Assembly (NCBI GenBank): GCA_963830195.1
Contig: CAWHLQ010000020.1
Location: 782 to 64,781, forward strand
Origin: an uncultured Actinomycetota bacterium
GTDB taxonomy: Bacteria; Actinomycetota; Acidimicrobiia; Acidimicrobiales; RAAP-2
Direction: 5' to 3'
DNA length: 64,000 nt
The notes below the pieces were generated by a model, which ran no database searches, had not been told where the DNA came from, and saw only the letters and a list, made by a program, of their open reading frames with translations. Positions 9,543 through 20,237 of this stretch are shown piece by piece (position 1 is the stretch's first letter; each line of letters starts with the position of its first letter). The translations under genes and the position numbers were made by a program.

Positions 9543-10617
9543 GTGAGCCAGCCCGCGCCGCGCTACGACGTCTTCGTCAGCTATTCGACCCAGGACAAGA
9601 CTGCGGCCGACGCCGTCTGCGCCGCGCTCGAAGGGGCGCGCATCCGCTGTTGGATCGCGCCGCGCGACATCGCACCGGGATCGGCGTGGAGCGAAGCCAT
9701 CGTCGAGGCGCTCGGCCAGTGCCACGCCGTAGTGCTGATTTTCTCTGGCCACGCCAACGAATTGCAACAGATCCGCAACGAACTGGTGCAGGCCGCTCAT
9801 TTCGGCCTGCCGATCCTGCCCTTCCGTATCGAGGCGACGACGCCGGCGAAATCGATCGCCTACTTCATCGACGGCGTGCATTGGCTCGACGCGCTGACGC
9901 CGCCGCTGGAAGCCCATATTGGCGCTCTGGTCGAAACGGTGCGCCGGCTGCTCGATGCGCCGCACGCAGCCACCGCGGAACTGCATCGGCCGGAGTCGGC
10001 GAGCGCCGCCGAAGTCGCGCTGGCGCTTCGCCCAACCCGGACGCGGCGCCAGGTTTTTCTCGCTAGCGGGGCCGCCGCCCTCGCGCTCACCGCAAGCGGC
10101 GGAGCCTGGTGGCTGCGCAGCGGCCCGCTCAGTCGGGCGACACGGATCGCGGTCGTGTTCCGACAGCCGAACGACGCCGATCTCGTGAAGATTCGCGCAG
10201 TCGCGGCGGAGAAGCAGTTCAAATTGCCGGAACTCGCATTCGCGACGCCGGCCGGCGACGTCGATTCGGCGGCGTTGCACTTCGTAGGCGTCTGGGCGAG
10301 CGAGACCGGCTATTCGGGAGTCGGCCGGCAGGCGATGCTGATCGTCACCGGCGCCGGGCCGAACGGCGAGCTGCAAGGCTTTCTCGCCCATGGACCTCCG
10401 GTCGGCGCGGGATGGGACGCGGCCGTTCCCGCTTTCACCGTGCCATTTGTAAGTCGGCTCGTCGATGACGCCTTCGAGGTCAAAGATTCCGGGCGCTGTC
10501 GTGAGTTACGCCGCCCGGCTCAACCCGAAGGGCGATGCAGTCCTCTTCTCCGCGCAGCGGCCAGGCCATTCCACCCTGGTGATCGAGATGAGGCCGGTGT
10601 GGCGCGCCGCAGCCTGA
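9543..10617 (+). CDS. TIR-domain protein with a TM/Tat-like segment and C-terminal extracytoplasmic domain (one +1 indel near 10483)
   Basis: YDVFVSYS, CWIAPRDI.PG..W...IVEAL, conserved Glu in IRNEL. The corrected frame ends VWRAAA-TGA at 10615-10617. Confidence 0.8.
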
Positions 10618-10634
10618 GAGGGAGGAAAAGGATC

Positions 10635-11150
10635 ATGTCGAAAGCGCTTCCCATCTTCGTCATGTTTGCGCTGTTTGCGCTCGCCGCGCCCGCCCAAGGC
10701 CAGGTCGTCGCGATCGGGGCAAGCAACACCGACGGCTGGGGTGCCGGCCGCGCGGCCGCCTGGCCGGCGCAGCTTGAGACGCGCTTGCACGCTGATGGCT
10801 ACCAAGTGACGGTCAGGAACGCCGGCGTCAGCGGCGAAACGACAGTTGAGATGCTCGCGCGCCTCGATGCAGACGTTCCGGCGGGCACGCGCGTGGTGCT
10901 CTTCGATTCCGGCGGCGGCCTCTTCAACAACTGGCGCACCGGGGTCGAACGGGGGCAGGGTCCGCGAGACATCGCCGCCATCAAGGCGAGGCTTGCCGCC
11001 GAGCGAATCATCGTCATCGACGTCCACACCAATCTCGGCATGCCGCCGGAGTTCTTGCAGGCGGACCATCTGCACCTGACGCCCGAAGGACATGCTCGCG
11101 TCGCCGCCCGGCTCGCGCCGCAGGTCGAGACCGCGCTCGGACGCAAATAG
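10635..11150 (+). CDS. Secreted SGNH/GDSL esterase (TesA-like)
   Basis: Own GGAGG RBS, signal peptide, GASNT, NAGVSGETT and DHLH motifs. Confidence 0.85.
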   Translation: MSKALPIFVMFALFALAAPAQGQVVAIGASNTDGWGAGRAAAWPAQLETRLHADGYQVTVRNAGVSGETTVEMLARLDADVPAGTRVVLFDSGGGLFNNWRTGVERGQGPRDIAAIKARLAAERIIVIDVHTNLGMPPEFLQADHLHLTPEGHARVAARLAPQVETALGRK

Positions 11151-12051
11151 CAAAACGTCCCTACAGTTTGCGGCGGCATCGGCAAAATTCGGAGGGTGGA
11201 ATCCCGGATCGCCATTGCCAGTCTGGGTGGCGTGCTCTTGCGCGCCCAATATCAATCCAAATCCAGCAATCGCATTCTCGAGTTCCGAAGCCCTGAGATC
11301 GCGACAAAGGGAGCCTGCTTGATCATGGATTGCGGTCTCAAGGGCCCCAGCATCGAACCGATGTTCCCTCCGATGCAATCTCTGACACCGAGATCGCCCG
11401 CATCTACGCCATTTCGGAGCGAGCAAGAGTAGCCGCTCAACTGAGGCTCGATGCGGAGGGGTAAAACGGCGCAGTGGTCGTTGGCGGAGTGACGGCGACA
11501 CAGCGGCCGTTGGGGAATGCTGCCTCTCTGGCGCGTCATCAATCGCCGATGTTCGCCGGAGCCTGTGTCGCCTATCGCCTAGGGCTTGTCTGCGGCCGGT
11601 GTCCTCCCCAACATTCCCCGGATCAGCGTGGGATGATTCTCAAAGGTGTAGCAATCTTCTTAATTGACGCAGGCCGTTCCTAAGCCGTGACGCTCATCGC
11701 GCCCACCGGGTCGCGCCACCTGCGCCATGAAGCCGCTTAAATGCGGCCAGCCGCCGCTCGAAAGGCAGCCGAACGACGAGACTTACGCCAAAGAACACTG
11801 GATCTATTCCGACGCCGGTCTTCCGCTTTCTGCCGCGCTCCAAAGGCTCGCATTGTGGTGTTTCTGCCTGTAGCGCTCCGAACTCGGCGTATTCGGCGAG
11901 CCTAGGAAAGGAGCGCGGCGTCAATTGCTTCCGCTTAGCGCCCTTTGCGGCCGGTCCCGGCCAATGCGGCGGTTCTCGAAAGCAGACGCCGAGCTGACGA
12001 GACCTGTTCTGTGGTCTTTGGTGGAAGACGGCCCTTTGTGGCTACGCCAGT

Positions 12052-12297
12052 TCAACAGCATCCGCCGGCGCGTTCGCTAGCGTCGGCCGTTGCCTTCGGC
12101 GACGAGCAGTCAAATGCGCCGAAGTGAACGGAGTGGTCGCCGTCAATCTTGAAATGCGTGGCGAAGCGCGTTTCGCCGAGCATTGCGGCGGTGTTGCCGC
12201 ACACGAGCATGAGCTTGCCCGTGGTCAAGGTGTGGTGATCGTCGAGGACGAATTTGTGCGGATGCTCGGGGACAGTGCCGCGATAAGTCGCGACCAC
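12052..12297 (-). pseudogene. C-terminal fragment of an arsenite methyltransferase-like protein
   Basis: LDDHH, VCGNTAAML..TRFA.HF, HFG.FDC and terminal CC; SAM-binding N-terminus absent. Confidence 0.65.
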
Positions 12298-12390
12298 TCA
12301 CGGGCACGTCATTCGCGATGCCATCGTTCGGCTCGTTGCCGATCAACGCAAGCGCAAATTCTTACAGCGGAGTTCGGGCGCCAGAACCCG

Positions 12391-12771
12391 TCATGTTCTC
12401 TTGAGGCGCTGGGCGAATTTCATGCGATGGCCCTCTGGCGTCACGACGCCCATTTCGCGCCAGCCCCACGGCCGATCCGTCGGTGGCGAGGTGATACGGG
12501 CTCCGGCAGCCGTCAACTCGGTCGCGAGTTTGTCGACATCGTCCGTGGCGAAGAAGCCGAAATAGCTGTGGTCACCGAGTTCGCTGACCGGGAGGGATTT
12601 AGGGCAGCGACCGAGGTGAAGGCGCACGTCGCCTCGGATTAGGCCCTCCCAGTTGCCGGCCTCGCTCCATTCCCGAGAAAATCCCAAAACGTCGACAAAG
12701 TAGGCGGTTTCCGAGTCCAGATCGTGGACCGCAAGCACGTAGGCGTGAGGGCAAAGTGATGGTCCGGTCAT
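12391..12771 (-). CDS. VOC/glyoxalase family protein
   Basis: VLAVHDL....AYFVDVLGF and PWGWREMGVVTPEGHR. Confidence 0.9.
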   Translation of the reverse strand: MTGPSLCPHAYVLAVHDLDSETAYFVDVLGFSREWSEAGNWEGLIRGDVRLHLGRCPKSLPVSELGDHSYFGFFATDDVDKLATELTAAGARITSPPTDRPWGWREMGVVTPEGHRMKFAQRLKRT

Positions 12772-13060
12772 CGGTCCAAATTACATGAGAAGGAGCGCCA
12801 CGGAAATCGGTCGCCCGATACTGACAAAAAAAACCGCTTTCCGGCCTTCGCCCTTTAGCGACCTTCGCGCCTATTACCAACCGTTTGGTTTGGACCACTA
12901 GCGGCGATCGATCGGGGGGAAATTCATTTAACCTATCGAGGCGAACGCTTCATTCCCGCCCCGACAGCTGGTTCGCGCCCATTGTGGCCTTTCCCCGTCC
13001 AAGCTGCGTCCCTCGAGAGCCGACAACTGGTCGTATCCTCCGTAAGCGCTGTGCGCGGTG

Positions 13061-13500
13061 CTAGATGGCAGCGCGCTTCGGCCACGTCGCCGTCAGAGGA
13101 ATCGCGAACAGCAGGCCGAGCCCCACGTTCAGCGCCGCGTTCGGCCAGAATCCGAGCCACAGCGAGAGCGCGGTGTCAGGGACGAACCACACCGCCTACG
13201 ACGCAGCGACGGCCCACCAGGCCTCGCGCCGGCCGTAGCGAGAGGCGCCGATCAATAGCGCAAGCAGTGCGGTCGCCCACCCAGCCATTACCGCGCCGAG
13301 GACGCCGTGTGCCAAAGTAATGTACGAAACGGCCGGCTCGACGAAGCTCTCGATGCGGCCAGGCGACGCGAAGATCAGCACGCTGAACGCGCGCGCGGTA
13401 AGTCCCGGCGCGGCCGCCATGGTGAGGCCCAAGAGGTCCACACCGACGGTGACGACAATCACAACATTCCGCCAGGCCCGCAAGGGAGAACTTCCTTCAT
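13061..13500 (-). pseudogene. Conserved membrane protein with an internal TAG
   Basis: GVLGAVMAGW...AWWAVAAS*AVWFVPDTALSL; the frame continues past the stop at 13196 to 13061. Confidence 0.6.
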
Positions 13501-13560
13501 TCGGAAAGGGCGCGCTGCGCACCTCTAAACACAATGCCGCCGGGCAACCGCCGTCGCAGT

Positions 13561-13700
13561 TCCTATCAGATGGCCGAGGTCGCGATCCCGAAAGACCGGT
13601 TCGCCGACAGCCTGCGGTTGATCGCGGAACCTCAACCGTTGCCGGTCACGTCGACAGCGTATGGCGTTCGAAGCCTTGTAGGAGACTGGAAACCGTGGGG
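13561..13700 (+). mobile_element. IS1380-family transposase C-terminal remnant
   Basis: YQMAEVAIPKDRFADSLRLIAE resembles the IS1380 terminal motif FQMAEVAIPxxLFxxILRLIAEL. Confidence 0.6.
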
Positions 13701-13984
13701 CGACGTGAGCCTTAACGAACGAATTCATTCTTTCCCCGGCGCAACCCCGAACCCGTCGGTTGCGCGGCCGCTTTGACTCCGATGGCTGAACCGTCCGATG
13801 GACAAAGTGACACATCGCCAAGACCCGCTGCCGGCGCGATCTATGGTTTCGCAGCCCGCCCGAACGCGGCGTGTTGGGGGGGCCCTACGTTCGCTCAAGG
13901 CGCCTAAGCCTGTTGGCGCGGGCGAGTTCGCCGGCGCAATGGGCCAGCTCGCGGCGCCACGCCGGCGATGAAGGAAGCGCGATC

Positions 13985-14470
13985 ATGAGCTTCTCAGTTC
14001 TCACTTGCGCGTTCGTCGTCGCCGTAACGATCCACAATCTCGAGGAAGCGCTCTATTTGCCGGCATGGTCGCGCGTGGAAGGTCGATTTCACCGCCCCGT
14101 GGGAGCGGCGGAGTTTCGGTTCGCGGTCATCGTGCTGACTTCGCTCGCGGCGGCTTGCGCCATCGCTGCGACTGCGGGAAGCGTGGTCGGGCTCTATCTC
14201 CTCTGCGGCTCTGCGCTGGCGATGGCGCTTAACGTCTTTGTTCCCCATGTCGCTGCGACGATCGCGCTCAGGCGCTATATGCCGGGAACTGCGACGGGCT
14301 TGCTCGTCGTTCTGCCTGTTTGCTCAATGCTGCTGTGGGACGCGTTCCACACGCGCCTCATCGAACCCATGACATTCGCGTGGTCGGCGCCGCTTGTCGT
14401 CATTGTGATCGTCGGTATGATTCCGCCGCTGTTCTGGATTGGCCGAAAACTTTCGCCTCGCGGCGCCTGA
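13985..14470 (+). CDS. HXXEE domain membrane protein
   Basis: HNLEE motif, PHV..TI..RRYMPGTATG. Confidence 0.9.
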   Translation: MSFSVLTCAFVVAVTIHNLEEALYLPAWSRVEGRFHRPVGAAEFRFAVIVLTSLAAACAIAATAGSVVGLYLLCGSALAMALNVFVPHVAATIALRRYMPGTATGLLVVLPVCSMLLWDAFHTRLIEPMTFAWSAPLVVIVIVGMIPPLFWIGRKLSPRGA

Positions 14471-14554
14471 ACGCCCACGACGGCATCCCAATCGCGCGAA
14501 GCCGCCCGCCCGCTGCCGGCCAGTCACGTCCGCGTCGCGCCCAAGCCAGCCGTT
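14469..14554 (+). repeat. Dispersed intergenic repeat, copy overlapping the HXXEE stop codon
   Basis: GAACGCCCACGACGGCATCCCAATCGCGCGAAGCCGCCCGCCCGCTGCCGGCCAG followed by GTCCGCGTCGCGCCCAAGCCAGCCGTT. Confidence 0.55.
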
Positions 14555-14651
14555 CGGCCGACGGTCACTGCGCCTCGGAAGCGGTCATCGTGGCCCGTGG
14601 CTCGTTCGGCTGCTCTCTGGGAAGTGAATGATGGCCGCCATAATTTCTCTT

Positions 14652-15107
14652 CTATTCTTCGTGGCTCGCCTCCGCTGCGACGACCCCGTCCCGCACACGT
14701 CGCAACGACTCCAAGAATAGCCCGCGTGAAGAGCCCAAAATGTCGAAGATCTTCGTTGCGTTGCCAGCGAGCTGTTCATAGATCCGGGTCAGCGTGAGCC
14801 GACCTTGGCGTGTCAAAACAAGCCGGACCTGCCGGCGGTTTTCCGTATCCCTGTGCTGGACGAGGAGACCCTTCGTCAGCAGCGCGGAGACGCGCTGACT
14901 GACGAGCGACTTGCTCATGTCGAGCAGCTCGCCGACCTCTCCCTGGGTCGGATGGTCGATTTCGTTCACGGCCATCGCCACAAGAAATTCGGCGTAGCTG
15001 AGTCCCATCGCGTCGAGCACGCGCTTGCGCGCCAGTCGGTCGAGCCGGGCGACGATTTCATGCAGCAGGAAGACTTCGGTCTCGGTGAACCAGGATTTTC
15101 TCGGCAC
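14652..15107 (-). CDS. MarR family transcriptional regulator
   Basis: LSYAEFLV, TQGEVGELL.MSKS.VS..V..L..KGL and ENRRQV.L.LT.QG. Confidence 0.9.
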   Translation of the reverse strand: MPRKSWFTETEVFLLHEIVARLDRLARKRVLDAMGLSYAEFLVAMAVNEIDHPTQGEVGELLDMSKSLVSQRVSALLTKGLLVQHRDTENRRQVRLVLTRQGRLTLTRIYEQLAGNATKIFDILGSSRGLFLESLRRVRDGVVAAEASHEE

Positions 15108-15125
15108 GGATTGGGCGTCGATCCT

Positions 15126-17393
15126 TTAGAAGAGTTCCGTCGCGATTTGCTGCGCGCCGGCGCGCGCAAGAATTGCCCGGCAATCGGTAACCATAGCGGC
15201 CGACCCGCAGATATAGAAATCGGTCGTCGCCGGTTCGAAAGCGAGGTCGGCGAGCGCCTGTGTCACGCGTCCATGAAACACGCCGTCGGCGGCGGCGTCG
15301 CGGCTGGCGCAGACGATTGTGCGCGGCGGCAACGGGGCGAGCCTGCGGGTGATGTCGTCCGCGGCGCCGCGGCAGCCGAAATACAATTCGGCCGCCTCGA
15401 TCTCACCGGCCTTGGTCATCTCGCCGAACATCGGCAGGAACGGCGCGAGCCCAGTCCCCGTCGCAACGAACACTTGGCGATGGGCGTTGTGCTCGAGACA
15501 ATAGCGGCCGAATGGCCCTTCGAGCTCGGTCGCTTCGCCCGGCTTGACGGTCGCGGCATAGAGCGAGCCGTCGCCGCCCGTGCGGGTGCTGACCAGCAAC
15601 GTGAGGCGATTGTCGGCGGCCGCGGCGATCGAATAGTCGCGCCATTCGAACGGCGCAACGCGAAGTTTGACGTATTGGCCGGGAACAAAATGGATCGGCT
15701 CGTCGAGCTCGAACTCCAGCCGCCAGATCAACGGCGTCAGCGAAGTCTTGGCGACGAGCGTCGCGCGAATCTTGTCCGGCGAGCGCGTCGGCGTCGGCGC
15801 CGCGGCCGGCTTCCGCGCCCGTTGGACCCTGGCCATGATGCGCAGGAAGCCGGCGGAGCCTAGAACCTGGCTCGCGGCGGCGAGGCCTCCCATCAGGGCG
15901 CCGGGAACGCCCAAGCTCGCCGCATCGCTGCCGGCAAGATAGAGGCCGGGAATCGGCGTGCGCGCGCCGAGCGGCGAGGACCGATACCGCTGCGGCGTTC
16001 CCCGCAGGCTGTAGAAGCAGCCGCCCGGGTGCGAGGTGAAATGTTCGATGGTCAGCGGCGTCGACACTTCGCTGTAGGCGACGAGGCCGGAAAGGCCGGG
16101 AACCGCGCGGTCGGCGGCGCGCAGCAGCCCGTCGGCGATGCGTCGCTTGAGTTCGGCGTAGTCGAACCCGCGGGCCCCCTGCGCCGTGTTGCGCCAGGCG
16201 TCGAACGCGTCGGGGCGCACGAAAGTGATGATCTCGGCGGTGTGGAACCGATCGTCCCCTGACTTCGCCGATGGAAACGAAAGATAGACGTGGCGCGGAT
16301 CGCCAGCGAGCGTGTCCGCGGCGTGTTCGTAAATGTCCTCATGATCGAGCGTGGCGTTGATCCAATAGTTCTCCCCATTGACGCCCAGGGTCGAGACCGG
16401 CGCCTTCAGACGGAGGTAGAGATTGACCGCTGACAGGCCGCCCTTCAAAGCGGCGACGGCGGCGCGCTGTTTGGCGGTACGCCGTCCGATCTCCCCGTCG
16501 GTCGACAGCAGTCGCTCGTAGGTGAGCGGGGCGCCGACGTCGGAGATGATGACAGGAGCGCGATAGGAGACCGGGATTGGCTCCCCGCCCCGCCGATCGA
16601 TCGCCTGCACCCCCACGGCGCGGCCGTTCTCGATGAGGATCGCGGTCGCCTCCTGGCAGACACGGATTGAGCCGCCGGCCGCCTCGATCCCCGTTTCGAT
16701 CGTGCGCGCGATGCGTCCGGCGCCGCCCTCGGGAAACCAACCGCCGTTCAGGTAGCTGCCGACGACGAGAGCGTGAAGAGCGAAAGCGCTCTGTTTTGGC
16801 GGCAAGCCGTAGTCGCCCCACTGGGTGGCGAGCAGGGCTTTGAGTTCCCGCGACCGGAAATGATCCTCTAGATACGCGTCGGTTGTCTGGGTGGCTCGTG
16901 CGACGCCGAAACGCCGGGCTTGGGCGATGAGAAAGGCGAGCGGCGCCGGCGCCATCTGCTGCTGAATGCCGAGAATGCACCAGCGCTCGACCGCACGGAG
17001 ATCGCGGAAATAGCGGCGGATCGCTTCGGCCTCGTCAGGAAAGCGCTCGATCAGCCGGTCCTTGTAGCGGCGCGGGTCGGAGGGAACGGAGAATGCGAAG
17101 CCCGGGTAGACGAACCGCTCGAAGTCGTCCGGCATCCGGTTCCACCCGAGCGCCCCACCCGAGAGAAAATCGAAGAGGCTGCGCATGAACGTCCCCGGTT
17201 GCAGCTCGCCAAGATAATGCAGCCCGACGTCCCAGGAGGCGCCGTCGCGGCGGAAGACGTGGGTTTGGCCGCCGCGTTCCGAGTGCTTCTCCAACACCAG
17301 GACCTTCATCCCTGCGACTTTGGCGAGAAAGCCGGCTGCGGACATTCCGCCCATCCCCGATCCGATGACGATCGCGTCCCAAGCCGGTTTCAT
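15126..17393 (-). CDS. Retinol saturase/phytoene desaturase-like flavoenzyme fused to a C-terminal ferredoxin-NADP reductase-like module
   Basis: N-terminal GSGMGG, LEKH..RGG..H.F, WDVGLHY, STPLT, GLYLAG. C-terminal PGQY, RDYS, GPFG, ATGTGLAPF, YFGCR, YICG. Confidence 0.85.
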   Translation of the reverse strand: MKPAWDAIVIGSGMGGMSAAGFLAKVAGMKVLVLEKHSERGGQTHVFRRDGASWDVGLHYLGELQPGTFMRSLFDFLSGGALGWNRMPDDFERFVYPGFAFSVPSDPRRYKDRLIERFPDEAEAIRRYFRDLRAVERWCILGIQQQMAPAPLAFLIAQARRFGVARATQTTDAYLEDHFRSRELKALLATQWGDYGLPPKQSAFALHALVVGSYLNGGWFPEGGAGRIARTIETGIEAAGGSIRVCQEATAILIENGRAVGVQAIDRRGGEPIPVSYRAPVIISDVGAPLTYERLLSTDGEIGRRTAKQRAAVAALKGGLSAVNLYLRLKAPVSTLGVNGENYWINATLDHEDIYEHAADTLAGDPRHVYLSFPSAKSGDDRFHTAEIITFVRPDAFDAWRNTAQGARGFDYAELKRRIADGLLRAADRAVPGLSGLVAYSEVSTPLTIEHFTSHPGGCFYSLRGTPQRYRSSPLGARTPIPGLYLAGSDAASLGVPGALMGGLAAASQVLGSAGFLRIMARVQRARKPAAAPTPTRSPDKIRATLVAKTSLTPLIWRLEFELDEPIHFVPGQYVKLRVAPFEWRDYSIAAAADNRLTLLVSTRTGGDGSLYAATVKPGEATELEGPFGRYCLEHNAHRQVFVATGTGLAPFLPMFGEMTKAGEIEAAELYFGCRGAADDITRRLAPLPPRTIVCASRDAAADGVFHGRVTQALADLAFEPATTDFYICGSAAMVTDCRAILARAGAQQIATELF

Positions 17394-17411
17394 CTCGCGC
17401 CCTCCACTAGA

Positions 17412-17455
17412 GTTCACTCGACGAACTGTTTATATGTTAAACTTATGAGAGTCAA
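17412..17455 (-). promoter_or_regulatory. Sigma70-like promoter overlapped by two tandem palindromes (probable MarR operators)
   Basis: TTGACT-N17-TAAACA on the minus strand; GTTCA-N5-CGAAC at 17412-17426 and GTTTA-N5-TAAAC at 17428-17442. Confidence 0.6.
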
Positions 17456-17589
17456 TGCCGCGGACCAAATGGATCGGCGCGCGACCCATCGTTGCCTGGT
17501 CAGGCCAGACTTCCGGGTTTGATCGGCTTTGCTGCCGCGCGAGCAATCGATCGATGACGCCGCTCACGAAGCCGTTGCGGGCGAATGCG

Positions 17590-17790
17590 GCGCAGACGCC
17601 GTCGTCTTGGCGTCCCACAGCGGCTTACCGCTCACGCCGGCGATCCAGCCGCCGCATTTCAGGCCTATGAGGGCGAGCGGCGGCCGCGCGCCGAGCGTGT
17701 GGTCGAGATGGGACGCCGCATCGGCGAACAGAAGGCCAAGGTTGGCTGGCCGCGCGTGCAGACCCTGCTCACGAAATTCGCGCGGCCACC
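17590..17790 (+). pseudogene. FAD-dependent monooxygenase C-terminal remnant
   Basis: DPAAAFQAYEGERRPRAERVV. Confidence 0.55.
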
Positions 17791-17880
17791 GGATTGGTTG
17801 ATCGGCCAGTGGAACGGCTGCGCAGTCGCGTCATTGAGGCCAACCATGACCAACAATTCTCGCCGAGGGAGCCTAAGCCT

Positions 17881-18293
17881 ATGTCAGCTTCCGCCAAACA
17901 GTTTACGCCATCATTCTTCCACGAAACGCGGGCCAACCTGCAACCTGGGGACCTGATTGTCGTCGGCTGCCCTTCCAATTTTACCGCAGTGAAGTCGTTA
18001 TCCTGGGTGTACTTGGCGGGGCGCTGGACGCGGCGATCTGGGGCGCCGAGCTGGCCGCCGGCGAGGGGCGAGAGCGGATATACGTCGTGGAGCCAACTGG
18101 GCCGATCGTGGACGATCCCAACTTCACTGATAAGAAGTTTCCCGGGAATCCCTCACTGTCCTATCGCTCCCGCGATCCCGTGCGCGTCATTGCCGAAGTT
18201 ACCAAGTGGCAAAGGCGCCCACCAGAACGGCTGCGGCAGATGAAAGACCGTCTCGCCCGTCTGAGGTCGGACGGTTCCAACATCATCGATTAA
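17881..18293 (+). pseudogene. arr: Rifampin ADP-ribosyltransferase, frameshifted near 18020
   Basis: FFHETRANL.PGDL, SNF, LDAAIWGAELA.GEG.ERIYVVEPTG and DDPNFTDKKFPGNP..SYRS. Confidence 0.85.
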
Positions 18294-18461
18294 GATGGGC
18301 GGGGAACGGAAGGTTCCGTGAGGACGTGAACAGGGCATGCGTGGAGCCCCGGGTATGCGCCCAGACAGTTTGGCGACTGTCGCGATAGGGCTAAATTATC
18401 AGCTAGCGAACCCGCTTACCCGCGTACGCCTCGCCAGCAACACGCCTCGGAGGTCGGTCAG

Positions 18462-18848
18462 ATGAGCACGCAGGTTGTTCCCTACATCTTCTATCGCGAT
18501 GTTCCAGCCGCCTTGGATTGGCTGGCGCGAGCCTTCGGCTTCACGGAAACGATGCGCACGGGAACGTCGCGAGGCGGAATGCATGGCGAAATGACGTTTG
18601 ACGGCCAACCGATCATGATGGGCCAGGGAAGCGCCGAATTGCAGATGCTGAGCGTCAGCGACACGAAAGTCGCGACACAAGGGGTGTTTATCTATCTCAA
18701 TGATGTCGACGCCCATTACGAACGAGCCCGCTCCGCCGGCGCCCGCATCGATAAGGCGCCTGAGGACCTGCCCTACGGACGCAGCTATACTGCCCGCGAT
18801 TTAGAGGGCCACCCGTGGTTCTTTACGACCCCTCCGGCTGCGCGCTAG
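18462..18848 (+). CDS. VOC family protein
   Basis: YRDVPAALDWLARAFGF and PYG.RSY.ARDLEGHPW. Confidence 0.9.
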   Translation: MSTQVVPYIFYRDVPAALDWLARAFGFTETMRTGTSRGGMHGEMTFDGQPIMMGQGSAELQMLSVSDTKVATQGVFIYLNDVDAHYERARSAGARIDKAPEDLPYGRSYTARDLEGHPWFFTTPPAAR

Positions 18849-18921
18849 CGGCCGCCACCACGCCGAATATACATACAGACCGTCGGTTGAGGTGATCGCT
18901 CATGGCCGCCCGCTTTCGCCG

Positions 18922-19143
18922 TTAGGACTGCGACGCATCGACCTTTACCTCACCCAAAGAGAAACTTTCCTGGTCCCGGATTATGGTGAAGTCCGCGACG
19001 ATTCCGCTGAACGTCGTGTACTTAATCATGGACGCCGCCAGACTCTTTGCCTCCGCAACGGACCGCGCATTTTGTAGCTGTTGGTGAACCATGTGGCGAT
19101 TGCCATCACGATCAGTTTGAAAGAATTCGAAGAAATAGACCAC
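18922..19143 (-). CDS. Small hypothetical protein
   Basis: GGAGG RBS, 73-aa ORF. Confidence 0.5.
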   Translation of the reverse strand: MVYFFEFFQTDRDGNRHMVHQQLQNARSVAEAKSLAASMIKYTTFSGIVADFTIIRDQESFSLGEVKVDASQS

Positions 19144-19289
19144 GCTACGCCTCCGTGCTCCCGGCGAAGTATATCAATGAGATTGGCGGGGCGCGAATTA
19201 AGGCATGGCGACTGATTTGGTCGGCCGGAGCGACGTCACCCCAAGCGATGCGAGTTTGCTTGGGACCGAAGTCTTTACCCCACCCCTGC

Positions 19290-19400
19290 CGACGCAAATT
19301 TTGCCAATTGTTTGAGCGAGCTTTTGCGCCTCTTCAGTGAGCGAATACGCGGCCGCCGCGGTTTCTTCGACCATCGCGGTGTTCTGCTGAGTTCGCCCGG
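19290..19400 (-). pseudogene. Methyl-accepting chemotaxis protein C-terminal remnant
   Basis: TQQNTAMVEETAAAAYSLTEEAQKL. Confidence 0.7.
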
Positions 19401-20237
19401 TCCAGTTGATCGATCGCGATGTTGAGCGTCCGCTTCGAATTTTCATTCGCCCGAACCTGCCATTCCGGTCCCGGTCAGCTCCAGTCGCCTCGCAGGCCCG
19501 ACGCGCCCGATGCGGACTACGCACTTGCGCTGCGCTTGGATTTGATGGCGCGGATCGTCGCCAAACGTCTTGGCGAGCACATCGAGCAAACCGGCTTCGT
19601 CGTCGTGGACGTAAGCGGTGCAAGCAGGGGTGGGGCGACGCACGCCCAGCCAATCCTACGAGGCGTCACGCTAGGTGACAGGGCTACCGAATGAAACTCG
19701 GGGCGGCCAATCGTTCTCACGTCCCGGCGGCCCGGCAAAATGAGCGCGGCCCGAACTGACGCGGATTCGTAATTAATCTCTGCTAGAGTTCGACCAAGCG
19801 CCGTGTCCCCCCGTCCCGACGCCAACGATACGGCCTGCCGCGGATGTACCGGCGGGCCGTTTTGTTTAGGGCGATTGGCGACTGCTCCATTCCACCTGCG
19901 CTACGCCGGCCACAGCCAGGGGGGCGCCGTGCGCTTCGCGAGCCTTTTGGCAGGGAACGGCCAACCCCGGTCATCCGAGCGCGGCTGGCAGAAGACGCCA
20001 ATCGGGTCGACTCCCGCGGTGTGAGCAAGCACCGAAGTTCGACCCAGCCAAATCCGCGCCAATCAACAACTTGCGGCGCCGATCGGCAGTCAGACCCTGC
20101 GCCGCCTCACACTCTCTACACACGGCGCCCAGCGGCAGTTGTCGGAAGATGTGGACGCCGCGTTTCGAGCCTGAAGAAGCCGGTTTGGGCGCGAAACCCC
20201 GCCGCGCTTTGTGCGACCGACCAAAGCTCACAGTTAC

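Noticed and set aside
9543-11150. 535-aa TIR-GDSL fusion in the ORF track
   Set aside because: Removing one base near 10483 gives a natural stop at 10617, and the esterase has its own RBS and signal peptide.
11252-11542. TniQ-like remnant (VLPLRIEPQLSGY)
   Set aside because: Similarity is too short and no other Tn7-like genes are present.
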